DNA from: Candidatus Woesebacteria bacterium
GTDB lineage: Bacteria; Patescibacteriota; Saccharimonadia; Saccharimonadales; EFPC-124
Direction of reading: 5' to 3'
DNA: 40,815 bases
Assembly (NCBI GenBank): GCA_050115675.1
Contig: JASFQB010000001.1
Span: 162,616-203,430, forward strand
Shown piece after piece: positions 17,149 through 26,138 of the stretch (position 1 is its first letter; each line of letters starts with the position of its first letter). Below the pieces are notes generated by a model. That model was given only the letters and a program-made list of their open reading frames with translations. It did not search any database and was not told where the DNA came from. The translations under genes and the position numbers were made by a program.

Positions 17149-17622
17149 ATGCGCAGGTGGCTGACTTGGATTGGTGCTGCGATTGCTGTAATTTTGGTGG
17201 TGGCGCTTATTGGCGTCGGTATCTGGTACAGCGAAAAGCAGCGGCAAGACCAGCTGGCTGACTTCAAGGCAGACGTGATTGCCAGTGGCTTTACATTGGC
17301 CCCGGTCAAGGACAATCCGTCCATTGAGGACGAGACCAAGACCAAGGGTACGGGCGCCAAGGCTAAGACCAAGACCAAGACTACCTTCGAGGCAATCGTT
17401 CTTGTCGATGGTTGTGCTGTCGAGCTTGAGCGTAACATGGACGAAGACCGCAACATTGGAAAGCGTGGCGGTCGCATCATCGAACTGTACGAGCTTGATG
17501 AGGGTGTGGATGCCAGGGGTGACGAGATTGAGATCGACGATGCTCCCATCGCGCCTACACCCAGCCAGGTTTCGCAGTACCTCGGGTCTGATAGGCGATT
17601 TGCCTTTTGCCTGAGGGTATGA
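17149..17622 (+). CDS. Hypothetical N-terminally anchored protein on a GC-elevated segment
   Basis: MRRWLTWIGAAIAVILVVALIGVGIWY anchor and a KTKGTGAKAKTKTKTT low-complexity stretch. The sample at 17281-17340 is 58% G+C. Shadow ORFs occur in several frames. A terminator follows directly. Confidence 0.5.
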   Translation: MRRWLTWIGAAIAVILVVALIGVGIWYSEKQRQDQLADFKADVIASGFTLAPVKDNPSIEDETKTKGTGAKAKTKTKTTFEAIVLVDGCAVELERNMDEDRNIGKRGGRIIELYELDEGVDARGDEIEIDDAPIAPTPSQVSQYLGSDRRFAFCLRV

Positions 17623-17637
17623 CGCAGTGATGACGAT

Positions 17638-17670
17638 GCGAGGCCGCAATTTGGCCTCGCATTTTCTTTT
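17638..17670 (+). terminator. Rho-independent terminator
   Basis: Stem gcgaggcc (17638-17645) / ggcctcgc (17653-17660) followed by attttctttt. Confidence 0.75.
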
Positions 17671-17674
17671 AAAA

Positions 17675-18261
17675 TTATTTATAGGCGGGCAAATTTATGC
17701 AAGATATTGTAAGGTCTATAGCGTATAAAATAAGTAATATCCAAAAAACTGTGCTTATTTGTGAATTTTTTAATCTTAAAAAATAACTTTGGCAAAATGG
17801 ATATACCCAATAAATAAAAGCTGTTGCGGCCAAGCCAAACACAAGGCTGGTTTGCAGGCTTATGTAGCCGTTTAGGTTAAAAAAGTTGGTAGAATAATCC
17901 CAAAATTTGTATTGGCTAAAAAAGTGGGCGGCAAAAACTGCACTAAAATACTCAACAAAACTAGTAACGATAGTACTTAGTGTAAAAGTTACAATAACAT
18001 TAATTTTCTGTTTTTTACTAAAGGCGCAATAAATAAGATTATTGCTGTCACGCCCAGTCCGTAGGGTGCAGAAAGTGAAATTGCTGTAATGATTATAGGA
18101 TGCCAGGCGGGCGCGCCTGTAAACAAGTGATAAAACTGTGCGCAAAAAACCTCAAGATAGTGCCCAATAAGTGCAAAAAGCCAAAAATAAATATAAAGCG
18201 TTTGCCAGTACCTTGCTGTCTTCCACTGTGTATTTGACAAATTCTTGTGTTTTTTTATCAT
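17675..18261 (-). pseudogene. Frameshifted gene for a PF06541-like membrane protein ('putative ABC-transporter type IV' family)
   Basis: The N-terminal part (...GHYLEVF...APYGLGVTAIILFIAPLVK) is in the 17989-18357 ORF frame. The C-terminal part (KQKINVIVTF...VEYFS...FWDYSTNFFNLNGYISLQTSLVFG) is in the 17675-18145 ORF frame. The frames join at the A6 run (plus-strand T6 at 18011-18016). Confidence 0.65.
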
Positions 18262-18382
18262 ATAGCTTTGTAAATTATTAAACTTATTATAATTATAAAC
18301 AATAGTAGATTTACTTGAAACTGTAGAGTGGCATTTGATAAAATAGTCTCTGTTCATTTACTATGACAGTTTGGGGGTAGAC

Positions 18383-18493
18383 ATGCGTTGGACGTGTCCA
18401 AATTGCGGCACGACAGGCAATCGTGGAAGAGTTTGTAGAGGTTGCGGCGCGGTTGTTGCTAAATTTACGAATCTTTTTAGCCGTTTTAACTGA
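18383..18493 (+). CDS. 36-aa zinc-ribbon microprotein (not in the ORF track)
   Basis: MRWTCPNCGTTGNRGRVCRGCGAVVAKFTNLFSRFN carries a CPxC...CxxC pair. A GGGGG SD lies 5 nt upstream and a strong terminator 18 nt downstream. Confidence 0.5.
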   Translation: MRWTCPNCGTTGNRGRVCRGCGAVVAKFTNLFSRFN

Positions 18494-18510
18494 ATATAGA
18501 AATGGAATGC

Positions 18511-18541
18511 CGGGCCCAGTTGCAAATCTGGGCCCGTTTTT
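18511..18541 (+). terminator. Rho-independent terminator
   Basis: Stem cgggcccag (18511-18519) / ctgggcccg (18528-18536) followed by TTTTT. Confidence 0.8.
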
Positions 18542-18555
18542 AAATAATTTATAAA

Positions 18556-18564
18556 TGCTATAAT
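18556..18564 (+). promoter_or_regulatory. Extended -10 element TGCTATAAT, candidate leaderless promoter
   Basis: Ends 7 nt before ATG 18572. The spacer aaaatta lacks an SD. Confidence 0.45.
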
Positions 18565-18571
18565 AAAATTA

Positions 18572-19792
18572 ATGCTTAGGGTAGCTAAAAAACGCCGGCT
18601 AATTTTTGGGATTATAATTGCGTTGGTTGTCGTTGTTGTTGCGTCGATCTCTGCTTATGTTGGTTTGATGCTACTTTTACCCTTGCCAAAACCAACTATT
18701 ACGATAAGCGTGCAGTCTGAATCTTTGGATACTGGGGTAGCTAAAGATATGAATTGGCCTGCTAGTGGTAGTGCTGCTATTAGTTTGCCCGATTTTGATA
18801 TTGTAGAGTCAAATAATTCGGGCAGGCCAATACCAACTGCCAGTATGGCTAAAGCTATTTTGGCTATGGCGGTGCTTAAACAGCGTCCTATCGAGTTTGG
18901 TCAAACTGGCCCAACTCTTACTTTGACGGATGCAGATTATCAGTATTATCTTGATGAAATTGCCAGACAGGGGTCTATTGTTGCTGTGCGCTCTGGCGAG
19001 CAACTGACTCAATATCAGGCACTTCAAGCGTTGCTTTTGCCCTCTGGCAACAACATGGCTACTACGTTGGCGGTTTGGGCGTTTGGGTCAGAGTCTAAAT
19101 ATGTTGAGTACGCAAATAACATGATTAAAGACTTGGGTTTGACAAACACGACCATTGCGGACGCCAGCGGCTACTCTGCTTCTACGGTAAGCACGGTAGA
19201 AGATTTGGTTGTTATTGGCAACGAGGCCATAAAAGATCCAGTTTTAAAAGAGATTGTGTCTCAAAAAACTGCAACGGTGCCAGTTGCTGGACGCTTAGTT
19301 AACACCAATAGCACTTTGGGAGTGAGCGGCATAAACGGTATAAAAACTGGGCAAACTACAGCTTCGGGCGATTGCCTGTTATTTTCGGCAACGCAAACAA
19401 TTGGCGGTGAAGACATTACGTTAATTGGTGTTTTGCAGGCTATGCCTGGCGATTATGGCGCAATCGAGGCTGCACCTGGGCTGGTAGATCAAGGATACAG
19501 TAATTTTACCGTTGTCGAGGGTATTGCTGAGGGGCAAATTGTTGGATCGGTTTCGGTGCCTTGGGGATTGTCAGTTAATATTACGGCCGTTGATAAAATA
19601 GAACAAACTGTTTGGATGGGCACAGAGCTAGACCGTGTCGTAGAAGCAACTGCGGCGTTTTCGGGCAAGGTTGGGCAGGTGATTGTGGGTGACAAATCTA
19701 CAGATTTAGTTTTAGAATCGTCAATTGAAGAGCCCGACGCTTGGTGGCGACTAACTCATCCAGCCGAAATGATAAAGGCAGGTGGTCAGTGA
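18572..19792 (+). CDS. D-alanyl-D-alanine carboxypeptidase (peptidase S11, PBP5-like)
   Basis: All three active-site motifs appear in order: SMAK (SxxK), SGN and KTG (GIKTGQT). N-terminal membrane anchor. Confidence 0.85.
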   Translation: MLRVAKKRRLIFGIIIALVVVVVASISAYVGLMLLLPLPKPTITISVQSESLDTGVAKDMNWPASGSAAISLPDFDIVESNNSGRPIPTASMAKAILAMAVLKQRPIEFGQTGPTLTLTDADYQYYLDEIARQGSIVAVRSGEQLTQYQALQALLLPSGNNMATTLAVWAFGSESKYVEYANNMIKDLGLTNTTIADASGYSASTVSTVEDLVVIGNEAIKDPVLKEIVSQKTATVPVAGRLVNTNSTLGVSGINGIKTGQTTASGDCLLFSATQTIGGEDITLIGVLQAMPGDYGAIEAAPGLVDQGYSNFTVVEGIAEGQIVGSVSVPWGLSVNITAVDKIEQTVWMGTELDRVVEATAAFSGKVGQVIVGDKSTDLVLESSIEEPDAWWRLTHPAEMIKAGGQ

Positions 19793-20658
19793 ATTTTATA
19801 AAAAATCATCCGATATTTACTTTTTTGTTTGTGGCATATGTATTTTCGGGCCTTATGTGGCTGATGAGTTTTGCCATTGCTGGGGCGAATGGCTTTACGA
19901 TTTATAGCAATTCTTCGATATTTTTAATATTTGCACGAGGATTTTCTAGCCCGCTGCATTTTGTTACTGTTGTGCTTTATGGTCTTGCTGTTTATGGTCC
20001 GTTGCTTGCTGCGATTATTGTGCAGCGAGTTTTGTATGGTCGTGGTGCGCTAAATATGATTTTGTCTCAACTTAATTTTAAAATTAAGTTTAAATGGTTT
20101 TTGCTTGCTGTGGCAATTGCAATATCAATAAATGTGCCAGTGGTTTTTGCGATATTTGTCTCGACGGGGTTTTTAAACATTGGTTGGATGGTGGCTCCGC
20201 TATATTGGTTGGCAATTGTTTTGCCGTACTTTATTTATCAGTTGCTTACTAGTGGTTTAGAGGAGCCAGGCTGGCGAGGTTTTTTGTTGCCATATTTACT
20301 AAAAAAGCACTCGTCTGACACTGTCAGCGGACTGGTTGGTTTGGCTTGGGCTGCGTGGCACTATCCATTGTTGCTAACGATGTACTGGGGTAATGATGCC
20401 ACTTCGATTTTGGCTACTTTTGGTGGTTTTACGCTTGCAATTATTGGTGCTTCGTTTATTTACACTTGGCTGTACAAAAAGACAAAAAGTCTATGGCTTG
20501 CAATTGTGTTTCATGCGGCCATGAATACTGCTTCGCTATTTATGGCCACAACAGGCGAGCCACTACTCTCTTCTTTGCCAGCTTTGGCGACTTGGGTGAT
20601 TGTATTTATATTAGGAATAATCGATAAAAGGTCGATTAAAAATGTCGCACGCCCTTAA
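19789..20658 (+). CDS. CPBP family intramembrane glutamic endopeptidase (CAAX protease-like)
   Basis: EEPGWRGFLLPYL (EExxxR motif), WAAWH and FHAAMN motifs, polytopic. GTG start at 19789 overlaps the upstream TGA (GTGA). Confidence 0.8.
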   Translation: MNFIKNHPIFTFLFVAYVFSGLMWLMSFAIAGANGFTIYSNSSIFLIFARGFSSPLHFVTVVLYGLAVYGPLLAAIIVQRVLYGRGALNMILSQLNFKIKFKWFLLAVAIAISINVPVVFAIFVSTGFLNIGWMVAPLYWLAIVLPYFIYQLLTSGLEEPGWRGFLLPYLLKKHSSDTVSGLVGLAWAAWHYPLLLTMYWGNDATSILATFGGFTLAIIGASFIYTWLYKKTKSLWLAIVFHAAMNTASLFMATTGEPLLSSLPALATWVIVFILGIIDKRSIKNVARP

Positions 20659-20727
20659 AAGCTATTGCGCGTTTTTGCGCATTGTTTTATTATAACTGAG
20701 GTAGTTTGATCGATTTTTGGAGGAAAA

Positions 20728-21726
20728 ATGGTCAAGCCAGTTCGTTTTGGTGTTATCGGGTGCGGTGGTCACTCTGCATCTCATATTATGCCAGGTGTGC
20801 ACGCCGGGCTAGAGCTGGTTGCGGTTTACGATCGAAGTAAAAGAGCGATGAGTGCAGCAGTTGCGCCTGCCGTTGCGGCGAGTCAAAACGTGCGACAGTG
20901 CAACAGCTACGACGAACTTTTGGGCATGTCCGAAGTGCAAGCTGTTATTGTTATTACTGGCGATGCTGATCACCCTGGTCATTTGTGGCAGGCGGTTCAA
21001 AGCGGCAAGCATACGCTAGCCGAGAAGCCTATGGCTATTGATAATGACGGGCTGCGTTTGGTTAAGAATGCTTTTGCGGTGGCAAAACATCGTGGACTAA
21101 TTGTAAGCACGTGCCATCCGCGACGCGTGAGTGATCCTTATATGTGGCCCAAGAACAGCCTTGGTTGGCTTGTGCGAACCTGCGGCAAGCTTGAAAGAGT
21201 TGAACTGATGTTTGACTATCCAGTGCCAAAAAAACCTGGTAAGCACGAAAGCCTTATGGTTGATCATTTCTCGCACGAGATTGATTATCTGCGCTGGCTT
21301 CTTAGTGGACTTGCGCCAAATGAACTTCCGTTTGCTGTAAGCCGTAAGAGCGATGGAGCGGATGAATACGTCGCCGACGGCGTTATGGGTGATGTTGAAT
21401 TTGAGTTTTCTGGCTCAAGAAAAAACACTAGCACAAAACGTGTCTTTGCCGAATATATTACTTTGCGGTTTAGTAATGGCTGGTGTAAGGTATCCACTGT
21501 TGATGGGCGAGTTGAGATTCATGGCAAAGGAAAATCAACAACATATGCATCTGCGGGCCCTACTGATTATAATAAGCACTTTGCTAGGTTGATGGCTGGC
21601 TTTGCTGCAGAAATTAGTGGTCAGCCTACAAGCTACTCGATTTCGGTGCGCGATATGTTGGTTAATACAGAGTCGACAATTCGTCTGGCGCAACATGGCA
21701 GCTTTACGTACGCGCCCGCGCCATAG
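20728..21726 (+). CDS. Gfo/Idh/MocA family oxidoreductase
   Basis: N-terminal Rossmann VRFGVIGCGGHSA and the conserved EKPMA motif. GGAGG SD upstream. Confidence 0.8.
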   Translation: MVKPVRFGVIGCGGHSASHIMPGVHAGLELVAVYDRSKRAMSAAVAPAVAASQNVRQCNSYDELLGMSEVQAVIVITGDADHPGHLWQAVQSGKHTLAEKPMAIDNDGLRLVKNAFAVAKHRGLIVSTCHPRRVSDPYMWPKNSLGWLVRTCGKLERVELMFDYPVPKKPGKHESLMVDHFSHEIDYLRWLLSGLAPNELPFAVSRKSDGADEYVADGVMGDVEFEFSGSRKNTSTKRVFAEYITLRFSNGWCKVSTVDGRVEIHGKGKSTTYASAGPTDYNKHFARLMAGFAAEISGQPTSYSISVRDMLVNTESTIRLAQHGSFTYAPAP

Positions 21727-21732
21727 TTAAAT

Positions 21733-21772
21733 GGGGTGAGGTCTAGAAGTTCTGACCTTACCCCTATTTTTT
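21733..21772. terminator. Terminator hairpin between convergent genes
   Basis: Stem ggggtgaggtc (21733-21743) / gaccttacccc (21754-21764, one G-U pair) followed by T6 at 21767-21772. Confidence 0.7.
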
Positions 21773-22400
21773 ATGCTAGCTTTTGCCCTACTTTAATTGA
21801 ACATCTTTCCAGGACATGCCTGGTGGCAAACGTTAGCTCTTCTGACAGCGCTTCCGCAGGTGTGAGCCATATGGGTTTTGAGCCTTCTGTTTCTTGAACT
21901 TGAACTTCAGCACTGCTTGGTACTCTGATTGCGTAGATGTGCCAAAGGTGATTGTCGCATCCGCGTCTGCATTCGTCTCCGACAATGTTGAGAGTCTCGA
22001 TTGGAACTAGCTGACTTACTTTTGAGCTAATCCCTGTTTCTTCTTGCAGCTCGCGCTGCGCGGAAACAATGGGATTCTCAACTCGTTCGTTGTACCTGTT
22101 AACGTGTCCGGCTGGAATTGTGTAACCAAACGGGTGTCTTGATCTGTTAAAAAACAGCCACTTGCCGTCGTTATTTACAACGCAGATACCAGCTATTCTG
22201 TGCCAGTATGTAGCACTTGGACTTAGCCAGTACTCAACTTCAGGATCAATGATGATGGCCCTCGTGGCAGCGTGTCCACAAGTCTCGCAGATGTAGCTAT
22301 CTAGCCCGCGAATCTTGGTGTGAATTGGGTTTTCAGATTGGCAGCTAACACAGTAGGTGTGGACTGCATCGTCTGTCGGAAGACTGAAAGCGAGTCTCAT
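21771..22400 (-). CDS. NUDIX hydrolase with N-terminal zinc ribbon
   Basis: CVSCQ...CETCGH zinc ribbon, then Nudix box PAGHVNRYNERVENPIVSAQRELQEETGI. ATG at 22400 follows GAGGGG. Confidence 0.8.
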   Translation of the reverse strand: MRLAFSLPTDDAVHTYCVSCQSENPIHTKIRGLDSYICETCGHAATRAIIIDPEVEYWLSPSATYWHRIAGICVVNNDGKWLFFNRSRHPFGYTIPAGHVNRYNERVENPIVSAQRELQEETGISSKVSQLVPIETLNIVGDECRRGCDNHLWHIYAIRVPSSAEVQVQETEGSKPIWLTPAEALSEELTFATRHVLERCSIKVGQKLA

Positions 22401-22501
22401 AACTCTACCCCTCAAACTCTAGACTAAAGCAACCATAGTATTGTATAGCTGCCATGTTTTAATGTAAAGAGCGTAACATTAATTAGTTTAGTTCATGATT
22501 A

Positions 22502-22516
22502 TGCTACAATTATAAT
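22502..22516 (+). promoter_or_regulatory. Tandem -10-like elements TGCTACAAT and TATAAT just upstream of the kinase ATG
   Basis: TATAAT (22511-22516) ends 5 nt before ATG 22522. TACAAT ends 11 nt before it. There is no SD in between. Confidence 0.35.
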
Positions 22517-22521
22517 ACGCT

Positions 22522-25500
22522 ATGAAGGAGCAATCAGTTAAGCCGGGTTACGCAAAGGTATGGATAAATAGCAGGCATATTATTGTTTGCGAACTTGTTG
22601 GATTGATAGACGAAAGTGTTACGGATGTTTCTATACCGCAAACAGACGCAGCCGCAAAAGAATTGACATTGCAGGGTCGTCCCGTGTTGCTGCTTATTGA
22701 TGCTAGTAGGGCTACGAGCCAAACTAGCGGTGCTAGACTGGCAACAAAAGAGCTGGCTAAGATGCGCATTCAAAAAATTGCGGTTTGTGGCAAAGAAGCT
22801 TCTTTGATGCTTGCTGCTCAATATTTAATGCATATAACGAAGGCTGCTAAGTTTGCAAAATCGTTTAGAACATTTAAAAACGCTCAGGATTGGTTGATCA
22901 ATCCTTTTGTTGGGGCATCTTTGTCTCATGATAAAAGCATTGTTGGTGCAGTGTTTATCGGTGGTGTTGGCATAGTTGCGCTTTTGGCTAGTTTTTTACT
23001 TAAGACTATTATTGTTAATCCTGTAATTGCTGTGACATTTGTTGCATTATCGGCAGCTTTGCTTGTTTTTGGACTAAGTTTTAAACGGGGTGGAGGCGCT
23101 AGAAAAAGCCTCAATGCTGTTTTGGCCTGCTGGGTTATGATACTTGCTTCTTTAGTGTGGTTAAGGGTGTTTTGGGGAATCGATTCTAGTATTGACCACT
23201 GGTTGCTTTCTGATATCGTAACGCCGTATGCATATATTACGCCAAGGTCTGCTTTTAACTTTGCGCTTGTGGGTGTTGCTTTGTTGGTGCTGGCTATGGA
23301 TCATAGGCGTAAGTGGGAGCAGTATTTATTGCAATTTGTTTTGTTTGCCATATTTATAAATTCTGTTCTTACGGTTTTTGGATCGGCGTTTGGTGTTAAT
23401 TTTGCAGAGTCTATTGGATTTATCCCCATGCCTACTGTTGAGGCTCTTTGTTTTATGGCCGCAGCAAGCTCTATGTGGTTTTTGCTTGAACCGACTAAAG
23501 GGTTTAAGAGGGCGTTTGAATCTATTGAAAAATATCAACTTGTAATCATAACCTTCTCTGTAATGCTAATTGCTACGGGTGCTTTATGGCAACTTAGTCT
23601 AGCGGATTTAAGATCAAATATTAACTCTGCAGCACAGCGAGCTTATGCAGAACAGCAAAACTCTTTTGACGAAAGACTAGCTAGTTATACTAGCGTTCTT
23701 TATGGATACAAGTCCTTGTTTGAGGCGAGTAACGAGGTGACGTCACAGGAGTTTGAAACGTATTTCGATTCTTCAGAGACCAAAAAAAACTACCCTGGCT
23801 TGAACGGGATAGCCTTTATCAAAAAAGTTTTGACAGAGGATCAACAGCAGTTTGTAGACCATATGCGTCAGCAGCCTGTATCAGTAAATCCTAATTTTGC
23901 AGATTTCAATATTAGACCGCAAAGTGATCAAAACACGCTATACGTACTGTCATATATTGAACCAAATGATGTCGAGGGAGCTGTTGGATATGACTTAAGT
24001 AGTAGCGAAACACGGCGTAATACGTTAGAGAAATCGCGTGATACGGGCGAGATTGCCACGACGGGGACAGTAAACATTAACGCTGCTTTACCTGGTGACG
24101 CTGTAGAGAAGCTTGGTTTCTTTTCGACCCTGCCAATATACTCTGGCAAGGTTGGCTCGTCTGTGTCTGTCACAGTTGAAGATAGGCAAAGTAGTCTTTT
24201 GGGTTATGTAAATGCCTCTTTTGTTTACGAGACATTATTCGCGGACGTTTTTAAAGGAGCGGTTAATTCGGATGTTAAGTTTATAGTAAAAGACCTGGCT
24301 ACAGATACTGTGTTATATGGACAAAATTCGGATATATCTTCGGATGCTATTCCCGCATATCAGGGTAACATAAACATTAATGGGCGAATTTGGCAATTGC
24401 AAATGTACTCGAATAGCAATTTTGGAGCTAGTGATTCTGAAAGGCTGGTGCCAGTAATCGTAATTGTTGGTGGAATTGTTTTGTCTTTTTTGGCAGCGTT
24501 TTTAACATTGTCTCAAATTCTTAAGCGCCAGGAGGCAATGGGGATTGCCGAAATTATGACAGAAGATTTAAGTAATGAGCGCAACAATGCTGTAGTCGCT
24601 CGAGGCAAAAATGATACTATTCTTGCAAGCATAGGCGATGCAGTTTTTGCTATAGACAACAAAAATAGAATTACCTTGTTTAACTATGCCGCAGAGGTCA
24701 TAAGTGGACATTCTTCCAAAGAGGCTGTCGGCAAAAAGTATGATCAAATTTTAAAATTTGAACACCTAGAAAAGGGAGCATTCAGGGCAACCTCGAGTTT
24801 TATTAAGAGTGCTTTGGATGGTCGAATTGCGCATATCCAAGATAACTCATATTTGGTTCGCAAGGATGGGAGCAGGGTTGTGGTGTCGGATTCTGCCGCA
24901 CCAATAAAAGACGATAGAAAAAAAATTGTGGGCGCGGTTGTCGTATTTAGGGACGCAACTCGCGAAACAGAACTAAGTAAAGCCAAAGATGAATTTGTAT
25001 CTTTAGCATCGCATCAGCTGCGCACGCCTTTATCGGCTATAAATTGGTATTCAGAGATGCTGTTGAGTGGCGATGCGGGCAAGTTAAATAAAGAGCAGAG
25101 TAATTACTTGCAAGAAATATATAGTGGCAATCAGAGAATGATAAAACTGGTCAACTCATTATTGGATGTCTCGCGTATTGATCTTGGAAAGTTTATTAAT
25201 GAGCCCGTATCTGTATCTATAGGGTCTGTTGTTAAAAGTTTAAGAATTGAGCTATCAGAAAGTATTAAAGATAAAAAAATTGATTTTATTTTTCATATAT
25301 CTAAAAAGGTGCCTCACGTTAAGGCTGATCCAAAGCTTATTAGAATAGTGATGCAAAATTTGTTTTCTAATGCTATTAAGTATTCAAGAATGGGTGGCAA
25401 GATTGAGGTTAACGTGCGGTTGGCAGGCCCGGAAGATCGCCCAAACCGTAGATGTCCAGCCAATAAAGCTTGCATAATTATGACCGTAAAAGATGAGGGT

Positions 25501-25722
25501 ATCGGCATACCTAAGATGCAACAGCCTCATATTTTCGAAAAGCTGTTTCGTGCAGACAATGCACAAACGCAAGAGGTTGAGGGCAATGGACTTGGATTAT
25601 ATCTTGTGCGAGAGATAGTAACACGCCTTGGTGGATTAGTGTGGTTTACCTCGGAAGAAAACAAAGGAACAACATTTAATGTGATTGTGCCTTTAGAAAC
25701 CGAAAGGATAAACAGCAAATAA
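22522..25722 (+). CDS. Sensor histidine kinase: STAS-like N-terminal domain, multi-TM region, CHASE, TM, PAS, HisKA, HATPase_c
   Basis: H-box FVSLASHQLRTPLSAI, N-box QNLFSNAIKY and G-boxes DEGIGI / GNGLGLYLV. PAS segment ILASIGDAVFAIDNKNRITLFN...VVVFRDATRE. CHASE-like periplasmic segment NYPGLNGIAFIKKV...LYVLSYIEPN...AVGYDLSS...R..L.KSRDTGE flanked by TM helices. Confidence 0.9.
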   Translation: MKEQSVKPGYAKVWINSRHIIVCELVGLIDESVTDVSIPQTDAAAKELTLQGRPVLLLIDASRATSQTSGARLATKELAKMRIQKIAVCGKEASLMLAAQYLMHITKAAKFAKSFRTFKNAQDWLINPFVGASLSHDKSIVGAVFIGGVGIVALLASFLLKTIIVNPVIAVTFVALSAALLVFGLSFKRGGGARKSLNAVLACWVMILASLVWLRVFWGIDSSIDHWLLSDIVTPYAYITPRSAFNFALVGVALLVLAMDHRRKWEQYLLQFVLFAIFINSVLTVFGSAFGVNFAESIGFIPMPTVEALCFMAAASSMWFLLEPTKGFKRAFESIEKYQLVIITFSVMLIATGALWQLSLADLRSNINSAAQRAYAEQQNSFDERLASYTSVLYGYKSLFEASNEVTSQEFETYFDSSETKKNYPGLNGIAFIKKVLTEDQQQFVDHMRQQPVSVNPNFADFNIRPQSDQNTLYVLSYIEPNDVEGAVGYDLSSSETRRNTLEKSRDTGEIATTGTVNINAALPGDAVEKLGFFSTLPIYSGKVGSSVSVTVEDRQSSLLGYVNASFVYETLFADVFKGAVNSDVKFIVKDLATDTVLYGQNSDISSDAIPAYQGNININGRIWQLQMYSNSNFGASDSERLVPVIVIVGGIVLSFLAAFLTLSQILKRQEAMGIAEIMTEDLSNERNNAVVARGKNDTILASIGDAVFAIDNKNRITLFNYAAEVISGHSSKEAVGKKYDQILKFEHLEKGAFRATSSFIKSALDGRIAHIQDNSYLVRKDGSRVVVSDSAAPIKDDRKKIVGAVVVFRDATRETELSKAKDEFVSLASHQLRTPLSAINWYSEMLLSGDAGKLNKEQSNYLQEIYSGNQRMIKLVNSLLDVSRIDLGKFINEPVSVSIGSVVKSLRIELSESIKDKKIDFIFHISKKVPHVKADPKLIRIVMQNLFSNAIKYSRMGGKIEVNVRLAGPEDRPNRRCPANKACIIMTVKDEGIGIPKMQQPHIFEKLFRADNAQTQEVEGNGLGLYLVREIVTRLGGLVWFTSEENKGTTFNVIVPLETERINSK

Positions 25723-25757
25723 TTATGATACAATGTTAACTAAATAGAGGCAATGTA

Positions 25758-26120
25758 ATGACAAAGAACATTCTAATAATCGAAGACGAAAAACCCTTAG
25801 CAAAGGCAATGGAGTTAAAATTAAAAAAAGCTGGACATAATGTTCAGGTGTTTTATGACGGTCAAGGTGGTCTAGATGCTGCGGCAAAGCAAAAATTTGA
25901 TGTAGTTCTTCTTGACTTGATTATGCCGGTCTTAGATGGGTTCCAGGTTTTAGAAAAACTAAACAGCATGTCGTATAAGCCGTCGATTTTTGTACTTTCT
26001 AATCTTAGTCAGATAGAAGACGAGCAAAGAGCAATCAAACTGGGGGCAAAAAAATATTTAGTCAAGTCCGACACACCACTTACGACCATTGTAGATTACG
26101 TTAATAACACTGCTACGTAA
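25758..26120 (+). CDS. Single-domain response regulator (CheY-like receiver)
   Basis: ILIIEDE...VVLLDLIMPVLDG...LSNL...KKYLVKS places the acidic pocket, phospho-acceptor Asp, and Ser and Lys at the canonical positions. No output domain. Confidence 0.9.
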   Translation: MTKNILIIEDEKPLAKAMELKLKKAGHNVQVFYDGQGGLDAAAKQKFDVVLLDLIMPVLDGFQVLEKLNSMSYKPSIFVLSNLSQIEDEQRAIKLGAKKYLVKSDTPLTTIVDYVNNTAT

Positions 26121-26138
26121 GTGCAAGTAGAGGTGGGT

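Noticed and set aside
16914-17649. Minus-strand ORFs of 211 aa and 168 aa, and a plus-strand ORF of 111 aa, overlapping 17149-17622
   Set aside because: They have low-complexity Ser/Pro/Arg-rich translations and overlap the GtrA-like gene or the terminator. They are typical shadow ORFs of a GC-elevated segment.
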